64,000 bases of DNA, taken from Candidatus Latescibacterota bacterium. Its GTDB lineage: Bacteria > Latescibacterota > UBA2968. Made by a program: the position numbers and the translations under genes. The DNA lies in the NCBI GenBank assembly GCA_965207885.1, contig OZ242311.1, forward strand, positions 5,376,001 through 5,440,000, read 5' to 3'. This document shows, piece after piece, positions 40,335 through 49,293 of the stretch. The stretch's first letter is position 1, and each line of letters begins with the position of its first letter. The notes below the pieces were generated by a model. The model was given only the letters and a program-made list of their open reading frames with translations. It was not told the DNA's origin and made no database searches.

Positions 40335-40837
40335 AGCTTTAATTCCAGTGTCTCGGCAGTTGGTGTAGAATGAAAAAATGGTACGGACTGACACGTCGGT
40401 TGGTTGAGCGTTTGACACGCTGGACAGAGACGCTCTTCAACTCTGAGATCACAGGGCAAACACGCGCAGATACTGGCTATGGTTTGGGTCAGCGTTTTGC
40501 GTATATGCTTGTAGTGCTCAATCTGTTCCTCAACTTCTTTAAGGCGTGCATTGAGATCTTCGAGAATATCATGCGCGAGTTCGCCTGCAGTTTTATTTTG
40601 TTCTCGTTTGTCAATAATGACCTTGATATGTTCGAGATCAAATTCCATCTCTTTAAGACTCAAAATCATGCGCAACCGCGTCAGTTGCTCGTGGGAATAA
40701 CATCGAAAACCGCCACTACTTCGACATTCGGGATATATCAGACCCATCTCTTCGTAATAGCGCACTGTGCGCGTAGTCGTACCGGCTTCTTTTGCCAATT
40801 TCCCAATATGCATCAAACCATCATCGCATTTTGACAC
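40331..40837 (-). CDS. MerR-family regulator with Cys-rich C-terminus
   Basis: IGKLAK...RTVRYYEEMGL...GFRCY; CACLPC...CPAC...C. Confidence 0.9.
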   Translation of the reverse strand: MSKCDDGLMHIGKLAKEAGTTTRTVRYYEEMGLIYPECRSSGGFRCYSHEQLTRLRMILSLKEMEFDLEHIKVIIDKREQNKTAGELAHDILEDLNARLKEVEEQIEHYKHIRKTLTQTIASICACLPCDLRVEERLCPACQTLNQPTCQSVPFFHSTPTAETLELKL

Positions 40838-40872
40838 GACAAATCACCTCGTTTCTATAAGCAAAACAGACA

Positions 40873-40961
40873 AACTTTGACGTAACGTTAAAGTTGGGCG
40901 AAAAAATATACCTCAACAAAACATCAATGTCAACAAAAAACTTTGACGTCACGTTAAGGTT
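40873..40961 (-). promoter_or_regulatory. Sigma70 promoter flanked by two MerR-type operator palindromes
   Basis: TTGACA (40933-40928), 17 nt, TATATT (40910-40905); aactttgacgtaacgttaaagtt (40873) and aactttgacgtcacgttaaggtt (40939). Confidence 0.75.
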
Positions 40962-40976
40962 TGGCAATCAGCAGTC

Positions 40977-42152
40977 TTAATGATGGAACAAACGCACCCC
41001 GGTCATAACCAGAAGCATACCGTATTCATCACAGGCTGCGATGACATCGTCGTCGCGCACTGACCCCCCGGTCTCAACCACGTATTTAACGCCCGTGCGA
41101 GCGGCGCGATCAATATTATCTCGAAAGGGAATAAACGCATCGGAACTGAGCACAATCTCGTCCATTTGTCCAATCCACCCTCGCCGCGCATCCTCCTCCA
41201 AAGGAGAAGGTACAGTATCGAAACAGGCTTCCCAAATCCGACGTTCCTCATCGGTCATATTGCCGCGCAAATAAGCTTCAATAGCGTTGATCTTTTCAGG
41301 GCGCTTCAGACCCCTTCTAAATTTGAAATTGAGAATATCTGGATGCTGGCGCAAATACCACGCTTCGGCCTTGCCCGCGGCAATCTCCGTACACGCCAGA
41401 CGATTTTGCTGTCCGGCACCATTGCCGATAACCTGTCCATCAAAGGCAAAACACATCGAATTGGATTGCGTGTACTTCAGAGCAATAGTCGCCAGGAGCA
41501 TATCGCGCTGTGCTTCGGGAGACACCTCTTTATTCTTTGTCACAATATTCGTTAAAATATCTGCATTAATGGCTTTGGTATTGCGCGTCTGTTCCAGAAC
41601 AACACCGAAAACATCGCGAGTCTCTGATCCAGCAGGTGCATATGATTCATCCACCTGAAGAATGGGATAACTGCCGCCTTTTTTCTTCTTGAGAATATCG
41701 AACGCCTCCGGTTGATACCCCGGAGCAATAATACCATCGGACACTTCGCGGCTGAGCAAGCGCGCAGTCGATTGATCCACCTCATCGCTTAAAGCCACCC
41801 AATCGCCAAAAGAAGAGAGCCTATCCGCACCCCGAGCGCGGGCATAAGCCGTAGCCAGAGGCGAAAGATCGAGATCATCGACAAAATACGCCCTTTGCAG
41901 CGCGTCGGAAATGGGAACCGCAACAGCAGCACCAGCAGGGCTTAAGTGCTTAAAAGAGGCAGCTGCCGGCAGACTGAGCACCTCTTTAAGCTCGCGCACG
42001 AGTTGCCAGGAATTGAGCGCATCGAGCAAGTTGATATAACCCGGCGCGCCATTGAGCACTGTGAAGGGCAATTTACCGCTGGGAGAGTACGCACGCGCAT
42101 CAGATTGATGCGGGTTGCAACCATAACGAAGAATCAGTCCATCTTGAGACAT
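40977..42152 (-). CDS. purH: AICAR formyltransferase (stand-alone, no IMP cyclohydrolase domain)
   Basis: LRYGCNPHQ, SFKHLSPAG, KYTQSNS, SSDAFIPFRD, GGSVRD, RLFHH; 391 aa. Confidence 0.9.
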   Translation of the reverse strand: MSQDGLILRYGCNPHQSDARAYSPSGKLPFTVLNGAPGYINLLDALNSWQLVRELKEVLSLPAAASFKHLSPAGAAVAVPISDALQRAYFVDDLDLSPLATAYARARGADRLSSFGDWVALSDEVDQSTARLLSREVSDGIIAPGYQPEAFDILKKKKGGSYPILQVDESYAPAGSETRDVFGVVLEQTRNTKAINADILTNIVTKNKEVSPEAQRDMLLATIALKYTQSNSMCFAFDGQVIGNGAGQQNRLACTEIAAGKAEAWYLRQHPDILNFKFRRGLKRPEKINAIEAYLRGNMTDEERRIWEACFDTVPSPLEEDARRGWIGQMDEIVLSSDAFIPFRDNIDRAARTGVKYVVETGGSVRDDDVIAACDEYGMLLVMTGVRLFHH

Positions 42153-42172
42153 AAGACAATCCTTTTAAAAAT

Positions 42173-42204
42173 AAAAAAGCCCAATCCTATAGCGGATTGA
42201 GCCC
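42173..42204 (-). terminator. Riboswitch-controlled terminator
   Basis: gctcaatccgctataggattgggc followed by a U-tract; overlaps the aptamer 3' CGCCTGGGC. Confidence 0.75.
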
Positions 42205-42280
42205 AGGCGATCGACCCCTTGAATTTTAGTTCTAACGCTCCCTTCCGGTTATTTCCGAATATTCGCCAGTTGCGTCAGAT
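42200..42280 (-). ncRNA. ZMP/ZTP (pfl) riboswitch
   Basis: ctgacgcaACTGGCGAA...AACC...GGGAGcgttag...gtcgatCGCCTGGGC upstream of purH. Confidence 0.85.
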
Positions 42281-42320
42281 ACTATTGATAGAACCAATAT
42301 AACGGGAGACTACATATATG

Positions 42321-43541
42321 TCAACAGCCATCAGCCTGCCCTCTGTCCGCACCCGATACAATTTCCGTCGCACCTGTTTCAGTGGTCACAAAACAGAGCA
42401 ATTGCTCGGGATCAGCCAGGTCGAGAACAACGGGCGAATGCGTAGTGGTCAAAATTTGGGCACGCGCCCTGTCCTCGTGCTGTGCTACAGCACTGAATGC
42501 TTTGAAAACCGCTTCTACCGCGCCGGAATGGAGACCATTTTCCGGAACTTCGAGCAAACATATCCCATCGCCATCGGGCACATAAGCCAGCAATGTTAGA
42601 GCCAGCAATCGCAGGGTCCCATCGGACAACATCCACGACGGCGTCTCGAGATCATTGTGGTGCTTAACCACGAGATAGCAGTGCTGATCTTCGGGACGCA
42701 CAACCGTGTAAACAGTGGATAAACCCGGCAAAACAGTACGCAACAGCGCCAGCCAGGCCGCATGCCTGTCCGGCTCATTCACTTTCAGGTCAGCGACCAC
42801 CCAGGGCAGATTAGTACCATCGGACAACAGATTGCGCGGTTGTCCCGGCGGACTGGGACGACGAATGCGTTCTCCATTGAGATCGAATTTGTGAATACTA
42901 TTTGAAAGCGTGTGTTTGAGCCATGTAGCAACGGGAAAACGCGCTTCATCCTCGGGTAAATTGCCCAGTGCCGAACGCTTTGCGCCGAGCTTGAAAGAAG
43001 GATCCCATCCCGCACCGGATTCATCGTAAAATTTATCATTTCCACCAGGCACTTTATTCACAATGGTTTTGACGCCGCGCAGCCTGGGCGTCGACAGAGT
43101 TTGCGGTGTGGGACCCTCCACTGCAAAGAGCGACTCTTGAACAGCGCGGTCATCTCGCTGAATATCTGTGAGCAAAAGCACCCGCTCGGACAGAATCCCG
43201 ACATCACTATTTTCCTCAACCACGCCAATGGCGATTTCGTATCGACACCGCGAAAAATCCCGATCGGAAAACAGATTGGATTCGTGCACGGGTACAGCCA
43301 ATTCAACAGCGATTTCAAATCGATCTGCAAAACCGTGCCAGGTCAAATCGCGCAACTCACTCGCCCGACTGTAAATCGCTGCATCGAGGCCATCGCGCAC
43401 AAAATCCCCGAGAAACGCAATCGCGTCGAGAAAAGTCGTTTTGCCGCTGCCATTCGCACCAACCAGCATGTGAAAAGGCGCGAGATCCTGTTCAATATGA
43501 CGCAAACACTGATAATAAAGGGTTTCAAGACGCTGGATCAT
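42321..43541 (-). CDS. AAA_21 / ABC-type ATPase
   Basis: GANGSGKTT, LSDGTLRLLAL, LLEVPENGLH, TTHSP. Confidence 0.85.
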   Translation of the reverse strand: MIQRLETLYYQCLRHIEQDLAPFHMLVGANGSGKTTFLDAIAFLGDFVRDGLDAAIYSRASELRDLTWHGFADRFEIAVELAVPVHESNLFSDRDFSRCRYEIAIGVVEENSDVGILSERVLLLTDIQRDDRAVQESLFAVEGPTPQTLSTPRLRGVKTIVNKVPGGNDKFYDESGAGWDPSFKLGAKRSALGNLPEDEARFPVATWLKHTLSNSIHKFDLNGERIRRPSPPGQPRNLLSDGTNLPWVVADLKVNEPDRHAAWLALLRTVLPGLSTVYTVVRPEDQHCYLVVKHHNDLETPSWMLSDGTLRLLALTLLAYVPDGDGICLLEVPENGLHSGAVEAVFKAFSAVAQHEDRARAQILTTTHSPVVLDLADPEQLLCFVTTETGATEIVSGADRGQADGC

Positions 43542-43622
43542 GTGTGGCTCCTGTATTAAGTTAGGAGCATAGTACATGACAGAAAGAGAAGCGTCAAGAG
43601 CAAATCCATTGAGGGATCTCCT

Positions 43623-44357
43623 TTGCAATCCAAAAAAACAGTCTTAATCACCGGTGCAACAGACGGGATTGGCCGGGCACTTGCAGAAATCTATCGGACG
43701 CGAGAAGATAGGCTAGTACTGGTGGGCAGACGCCCACTGGACACACTCAATGATCCGTTATACACCAAAGACACATATTGTCGTACAGACCTATCGCAGG
43801 ACAAGTGTGCAGAACGGGTATGTGAATTTCTGAACGCGCAAAAAATCGACGCCATAGACCTGGCGATTCAAAATGCTGGCACCGGATATTTTGGACCTAT
43901 CGCAGAACAAAGCGCGGAAAGCATTCGGGAGATCACAGCAGTCAACCTGATGGCCCCCTTGCGCTTGACACACGCCCTGATGCCATACCTGAAAAAAACC
44001 AATGGAAAACTCGTAATGATCGGCTCAATCGCACATGCCTTCCCCTGTCCCGATTACGCCGTGTATGCAGCGAGCAAAGAAGCCCTCAACACACTGGGAC
44101 GCAATTTGCAAATCGAAGGCGACATAAATGTACAGATCATTCACCCGGGAGCGACGCGCACGGGCTTGCATCAAAAAATTGGCATAGACAGTAAAAAGAC
44201 AGAGGGATTTCCGTCTGCAGAAAGGGTCGCCCAAAAAATCACACAGGCGATAGATAGACAGCGTTTTATCGCGACAATTGGATGGAGAAATGCATGGGCG
44301 CGATTTTTGGGACGCTATTGCGAGGGCATGGTCAACGCCATAGTGCGAGCAACGTGA
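43623..44357 (+). CDS. Short-chain dehydrogenase/reductase
   Basis: TGATDGIG, NAG, YAASK. Confidence 0.88.
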   Translation: MQSKKTVLITGATDGIGRALAEIYRTREDRLVLVGRRPLDTLNDPLYTKDTYCRTDLSQDKCAERVCEFLNAQKIDAIDLAIQNAGTGYFGPIAEQSAESIREITAVNLMAPLRLTHALMPYLKKTNGKLVMIGSIAHAFPCPDYAVYAASKEALNTLGRNLQIEGDINVQIIHPGATRTGLHQKIGIDSKKTEGFPSAERVAQKITQAIDRQRFIATIGWRNAWARFLGRYCEGMVNAIVRAT

Positions 44358-45100
44358 AACACGCGGTCATTACAGGCGCGGCGCATGGAATCGGCAAAGC
44401 ACTTGCCCACCGCTTCGCACAGGCGGGATATGCCATAACGGGCGTGGATGTAGATGCCGCAGGCGCAGCGAAAGTCGAACGAGAATTAGCTGCGCGATTT
44501 GTCATTGCAGACCTGCGCTCAGAAGCGGACATCGCGCGCGTACTCCCCGAATTGCGCCAGAAAAAACCGATTGACGTATTGATACACAACGCGGGCATCA
44601 ACGCCGTGGGGCGATTCCCCGACATGAGCATAGAAGCTCAAGAACAACTGATCGCCGTGAACTTCTACGCACCGATGCGACTCACAGCGGCATTACTCAA
44701 AGCCGACCTGATCGCAAAAGGTGCGTCCATAGCCTTCATCTCCTCCCTTGCCCACTACACGAGCTATCCGGGTGCTGCAACTTATGCCGCGACCAAAAGC
44801 GGATTGGCCTCCTACGCACGCAGTTTATCCATCGCTCTCGTGCCGCAGAATATTCACATCATGACAGTCTTTCCCGGTCCAACGCGCACAGCCCATGCGC
44901 GGCGTCACAGCCCGCACAACACACGCGAAGAAAAACGCATGCCACCCGAAAAATTGGCGCACCACATCTTTCGAGGCATAAAAAAGAAAAAGCACCTGAT
45001 CGTACCAGGTGCTACCAATCGAATGCTCGCCCTCCTGGGCAAATGGTGTCCGCCTATGATGGAATATGCGATGCGTAAGATGATTTTGGAAAAGTTGTGA
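44354..45100 (+). CDS. Short-chain dehydrogenase/reductase
   Basis: TGAAHGIG, HNAG, YAATK; GTGA overlap with the previous gene. Confidence 0.88.
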   Translation: MKHAVITGAAHGIGKALAHRFAQAGYAITGVDVDAAGAAKVERELAARFVIADLRSEADIARVLPELRQKKPIDVLIHNAGINAVGRFPDMSIEAQEQLIAVNFYAPMRLTAALLKADLIAKGASIAFISSLAHYTSYPGAATYAATKSGLASYARSLSIALVPQNIHIMTVFPGPTRTAHARRHSPHNTREEKRMPPEKLAHHIFRGIKKKKHLIVPGATNRMLALLGKWCPPMMEYAMRKMILEKL

Positions 45101-45123
45101 GATCTTTTGACTCTTGACCTGCC

Positions 45124-45837
45124 CTACTCACACTTTTTCCCCACAAAAAAAGGACCCAGCGATTCGACATAAAGCGCGGTTTGCTGGGTCTTTCTCATAT
45201 CCTGCACAACGCGAGAGAGCGGATAGAGTTCTGCACCGATCAAACCAATGACAAAATCATTGTCATCGACATCGAGGCCATAGCTGGCCAGACGAATATC
45301 GTGCGCATAATCTTCGCGTCCATAAGCGCGTCCAATAGAAGCGTGCTCCATCAAAATTTTGCGCTGTTCCCTGTGATCGAGACGAGCAAAAGCCCCATTG
45401 CGACGCAGCGGGTACCAGATCGCCCAGGGCCATTCGGGATTGAGCACATTATCTCGCGGTCGGGTGATAAGGGCGTATTCGAGATCCGGCTCATAACCCG
45501 TGGCATACGTGCGCCCGAGCATCGTGAGTTCAGGACGGCGGGTACAGGCAGCGAATGGATCGCTATTGAGCAACGCACGAATATCCGTCACAAACAAATC
45601 CGGCGATTCCGTCAAAAAAACAACGCCAATGCCATAGGGATCTTGCACATCAAGATAGAGCGCAGCATCGAGATCACTTTGTTCCAGGGCTTGAGATACC
45701 GCACCAACATCCTTGACATCTGTGAAAACCTGCAACTGCATATAAAGCCGCCGATCACTCGTTTGCGGTTTCCCATCAGCAGGCGCACCGTGTTCGAGGA
45801 TATCGAGTTTTTCTTTTGATTCAGTAGAATGATGCAC
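45124..45837 (-). CDS. Chlorite dismutase family, coproheme decarboxylase (ChdC/HemQ)-like
   Basis: WYPLRR, EHASIG, YGLDVDDNDF, GPFFVG. Confidence 0.75.
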   Translation of the reverse strand: MHHSTESKEKLDILEHGAPADGKPQTSDRRLYMQLQVFTDVKDVGAVSQALEQSDLDAALYLDVQDPYGIGVVFLTESPDLFVTDIRALLNSDPFAACTRRPELTMLGRTYATGYEPDLEYALITRPRDNVLNPEWPWAIWYPLRRNGAFARLDHREQRKILMEHASIGRAYGREDYAHDIRLASYGLDVDDNDFVIGLIGAELYPLSRVVQDMRKTQQTALYVESLGPFFVGKKCE

Positions 45838-45965
45838 GTCTTCAGGCCTTCCATTGTGTGTGTTTTACTGCAAAACGCTTTTCATTTTCAACGCGGAAAG
45901 ATAGGGCTTGACCTCAAAAAGAGCAAGCCCCAGATCAGTGGATGAACGATTATCGCATCTGCGAA

Positions 45966-48167
45966 TCAAAAAAACGACAACTTGTAATGCGCTTTAAAAC
46001 TCCGCCCTGTTTCGGGCATCACGGATCGAATGCGCGAAAGATGATTGCGGTATTCCGTATCCAAAAGATTGTCCAAAGAGAGAATAATACTATGGCGGGT
46101 ATGGTCGGTATTAATGTCGCGCTGGGCATACACACCGAAAACAGCATAGCCATCCGTAGGCTCTTCAAATATATCCACACGCTCCTGTCGTGTAACAAAT
46201 TCCGCAGTCCCACCAACCGTAAGAAAGGGATGCTCATAAGTCGTACTTCCAACAAATTTGAACGGCGGAATCTCGGGCAGAGGCAAATGCTCATCCCGGT
46301 TCTCTCCACGCACATAACTGCCGTTCAATTCCAGATTCAAACGCGTATTCAAACGCCACCCCAGATGCATCTCCAGACCCAAAAATCGCGCAGCAACACC
46401 ATCGGCAGCGTAAATTGGCAGAAGTTGGGCAAAATTGATCTCTCCGGTATTGCGCGGGGCAATATAGGTATCAAACTCGTTCCAATATCCGCTCAAAACA
46501 AAATCGACGCCCGGTTGCAAATAGTGAAAAAAGACCTCAAAGCCCAGACTCGTTTCGGCCTCGAGATCGACATTGCCCACCTCAAAAGTGTAAGCAGCCA
46601 GATGCGGTCCATCGTTGTAAAGCTCTTCAATCGTGGGCACGCGCTGAGACCGGCTTAAGTTTAAACCTCCGGTCAGCCAATCAGTAAAGGACACAAGCGG
46701 GCTGATTGCCGCAGACCAGACGTGAAAGGTGCGATCTACATCGAGATCTGCAATGCTCTTTGTTCTTGGGCGCGGATCAAAGTCGGCATACGTATAACGC
46801 GCAGCAACCTGAAATTCGATGTGTCGATAGCTAAACTCGTGATAAAAACCAAGGTAAGCGTTTTGCTCTCGCGTGGGCGGCGTAAAAACAAACGCGCCCA
46901 ATTTGAGATGGTGGTGACCAAAGCCCAGGGACAGAACGGTATTTCGCGTCTGGCCCTGTGTGTTCATAAGCAATTTGAGATCACCGCGGTAGTCGTGGAA
47001 CAAAAACTCGGACCCAATATTACCGCTGGATTCGTACTCGAAGTGGTGATAGTAAGTCCTGGTAAAATCCACCTCTACACTACTGAACACCTGACGATCA
47101 AAATGGTATGCCGCCTTGCCATCAAATACCCGACGCTCAATATCCAGATCTACGCCATTGGGATGCCCGCCAATAAATCCACCGGGAATGCCGTATTGGG
47201 TCAAAAACTGATCAAAAGAAGCCCCGATATATCCCCGGTCAGTGGGATATGACAGACCGAGCGTATGCGTACGCGTTTCAATCGGTGTATTGGCGAGCCT
47301 ACCAATGGGGGTTTGCACATCTCGAGTATCGCGGTACGTGGTCTCGGCATACAGCGCAAGCGGCCCCACGGGCACTGTAATCCCAACGGCAGAGAGATAC
47401 CCCCGATTGACCGTCTCGCCATAAGCACCAACACTGCCAGAAACGCGCTGCGGATGGTATTCTGGAATCTTCTGTTTCACCACATTGATAACCCCACCAA
47501 TGGCCGATGCCGTGTGAAGCAGTATGCGCGGTCCCCGGATGATTTCGAGACGTTCTGAATTAAAAGGCTCAAGCGTAACAGCGTGATCGGCAGAAGTAGC
47601 GGAAAGATCGCGGGTCTCCATACCATCTATATTGATCTGCACGCGATCGCCACTAAGACCGCGTATAACCGGCCGAGCAGGTGCAGGTCCCATGCTGCGG
47701 ATGGCGACGCCGATTTCGTTTTTCATCGTCTCTGCAAGCGTGAGACTGTACTTCTTCTGAAGCTCATCTCCAGAAAGCACGCCAGTCGCTTCGTGCAATT
47801 CTTCAAAGCGGGTTTCCGCACTTTTCCCTACCACGTCAATGGTATCAATCTGGATCTCCCGGGCGACCATTTCGACGTACAGAATGGGCACTTTCTCATC
47901 CGAAACCCTTATTTCCCGACTCACCAATCCATACCCGACACGAAAAAAAGACAGACGATGAACGCCCTCCGGCAGATGAAAGATAAAACGGCCTCGTTCA
48001 TCGGTTGTCGTGCCCTCTGCGCCATCATTGACTTTGATATCAACATCGCCGATTGCGCGTTGGGTCTTGTGATCAAAAACATATCCCTCGAGCAATCGCG
48101 TCTCTTGAGATGCGCCGATCGCAAAAAAAAAGAACACAACAACCAAAAAAGAAGTCGTGAATCTCAA
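45966..48167 (-). CDS. TonB-dependent receptor (ZnuD-like), copy 1
   Basis: Carboxypeptidase-like N-domain, RPVIRGLSGDRV, DHAV plug, GPHLA, NLLDTEYRNHLS, terminal F; TTG start after GGAG. Confidence 0.88.
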   Translation of the reverse strand: MRFTTSFLVVVFFFFAIGASQETRLLEGYVFDHKTQRAIGDVDIKVNDGAEGTTTDERGRFIFHLPEGVHRLSFFRVGYGLVSREIRVSDEKVPILYVEMVAREIQIDTIDVVGKSAETRFEELHEATGVLSGDELQKKYSLTLAETMKNEIGVAIRSMGPAPARPVIRGLSGDRVQINIDGMETRDLSATSADHAVTLEPFNSERLEIIRGPRILLHTASAIGGVINVVKQKIPEYHPQRVSGSVGAYGETVNRGYLSAVGITVPVGPLALYAETTYRDTRDVQTPIGRLANTPIETRTHTLGLSYPTDRGYIGASFDQFLTQYGIPGGFIGGHPNGVDLDIERRVFDGKAAYHFDRQVFSSVEVDFTRTYYHHFEYESSGNIGSEFLFHDYRGDLKLLMNTQGQTRNTVLSLGFGHHHLKLGAFVFTPPTREQNAYLGFYHEFSYRHIEFQVAARYTYADFDPRPRTKSIADLDVDRTFHVWSAAISPLVSFTDWLTGGLNLSRSQRVPTIEELYNDGPHLAAYTFEVGNVDLEAETSLGFEVFFHYLQPGVDFVLSGYWNEFDTYIAPRNTGEINFAQLLPIYAADGVAARFLGLEMHLGWRLNTRLNLELNGSYVRGENRDEHLPLPEIPPFKFVGSTTYEHPFLTVGGTAEFVTRQERVDIFEEPTDGYAVFGVYAQRDINTDHTRHSIILSLDNLLDTEYRNHLSRIRSVMPETGRSFKAHYKLSFF

Positions 48168-48235
48168 AACGAATCTCCAACAGAGAAAAAGCCCCCACCC
48201 TGTGTCTAAAAGACCGGGTGGGGGCAAAGCAGTTA

Positions 48236-48724
48236 CTACCCTCCGACATGCACGGGAATGGGAATCGTGCGAAAATCCACATGATCGTCGTGCGTGACCT
48301 GGAGCTCAATCGTAGTTTCGCCTACCTTGAGACCCCGCAGGTGAAAATCAAACTTGCCGACATCGTCGGCATCCTGAACAACTTCCAAAACCGTGGGATC
48401 GGCAATCGCCCATGTAAATTTGAAATCCGGATCATCTGGCGGGTCAATCTCGTCGCCATCTTCATCCAGAAAACGGATGCTCCAGTGCGACGTTTCCTCA
48501 TTGAGAGGGGCGTCGAGATGATCTTTCCGACCACCGCTGGCATCAATCTGCCCTCGAAAATAGCGGAAAAAACGATTGCCCGAATCTATGATAACCAGAC
48601 CCTCGGGTTCGAAATGCTCTTCCTGGTGTGACGTGGGATCGTCACTACCACAACCGATCACAAAGAAAGTCAGAACTGCCACAGCGGCAAAGGTGCGTTG
48701 AAAAGATTTTCTTGCAAAAAACAT
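48236..48724 (-). CDS. His/Asp-rich lipoprotein, copy 1
   Basis: Lipobox VIGC, HQEEHFEPEG, HDDHVDF. Confidence 0.8.
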   Translation of the reverse strand: MFFARKSFQRTFAAVAVLTFFVIGCGSDDPTSHQEEHFEPEGLVIIDSGNRFFRYFRGQIDASGGRKDHLDAPLNEETSHWSIRFLDEDGDEIDPPDDPDFKFTWAIADPTVLEVVQDADDVGKFDFHLRGLKVGETTIELQVTHDDHVDFRTIPIPVHVGG

Positions 48725-48846
48725 GATAGTCTCCTGAATAAGCCCGCACGGGCAGAGAACACAGAGAGAGGTCCTCTCATGCCCGCACAAAAAGGCACAA
48801 AAATACAGAAAAATAATGCAAACTTTAGTATTGAGATATTCAGTAT

Positions 48847-49125
48847 TCAGAAGACTACTGGAGGGGATCGGCCCTGAGGCAAAAGGAAAAATTGGTAGGA
48901 TAATAATGTAGCGTTCGACAGAAAATAAAACCAATAGACATATAACGCGCGAAAAATAACTATGGCACTGATAAGACCACAAAAGCTATAAACCCAATAG
49001 CAAACGAGGCAATGGATGTCATGGTCAACATGGTCAACCGCATGCCCAAAGGCAAGGGCAAACGCGCCGATGAACAATAGGGCGATCAGCCTTTTAACGA
49101 GCGGGTGTCTGAGGTAGAGATTCAT
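48847..49125 (-). CDS. Leader peptide: signal/TM, His-rich CxxC, C-terminal RSPP (DUF2946/CruR/CutF-like), copy 1
   Basis: GHAVDHVDHDIHCLVC ... PQGRSPPVVF. Confidence 0.75.
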   Translation of the reverse strand: MNLYLRHPLVKRLIALLFIGAFALAFGHAVDHVDHDIHCLVCYWVYSFCGLISAIVIFRALYVYWFYFLSNATLLSYQFFLLPQGRSPPVVF

Positions 49126-49234
49126 TTTTAATACTATATGGGGCTATCTCGAGCAAACATTTTCTGCTACAAGTGGCGTTGATCTTTTTTGCCTCTTAAG
49201 TTTAAAGATAGAACTTGACGCCAAAAAGAGCAAG

Positions 49235-49262
49235 CCCCAGATCAGTCTGCTGGTCTGGGGCG
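49235..49262 (-). terminator. Terminator-like hairpin after TonB receptor copy 2
   Basis: gccccagatcagtctgctggtctggggc followed on the minus strand by ttgctcttttt. Confidence 0.6.
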
Positions 49263-49293
49263 TAGTAAGGTTTTAGGATAACTGACCGCTAAA

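Noticed and set aside
48725-48982. N-terminal extensions given by the ORF track for the lipoproteins and TonB receptors (also thyA, rimO, TauD, sigma)
   Set aside because: They overlap neighbouring genes; downstream starts have RBSs and give identical paralogue lengths or family-typical N-termini.
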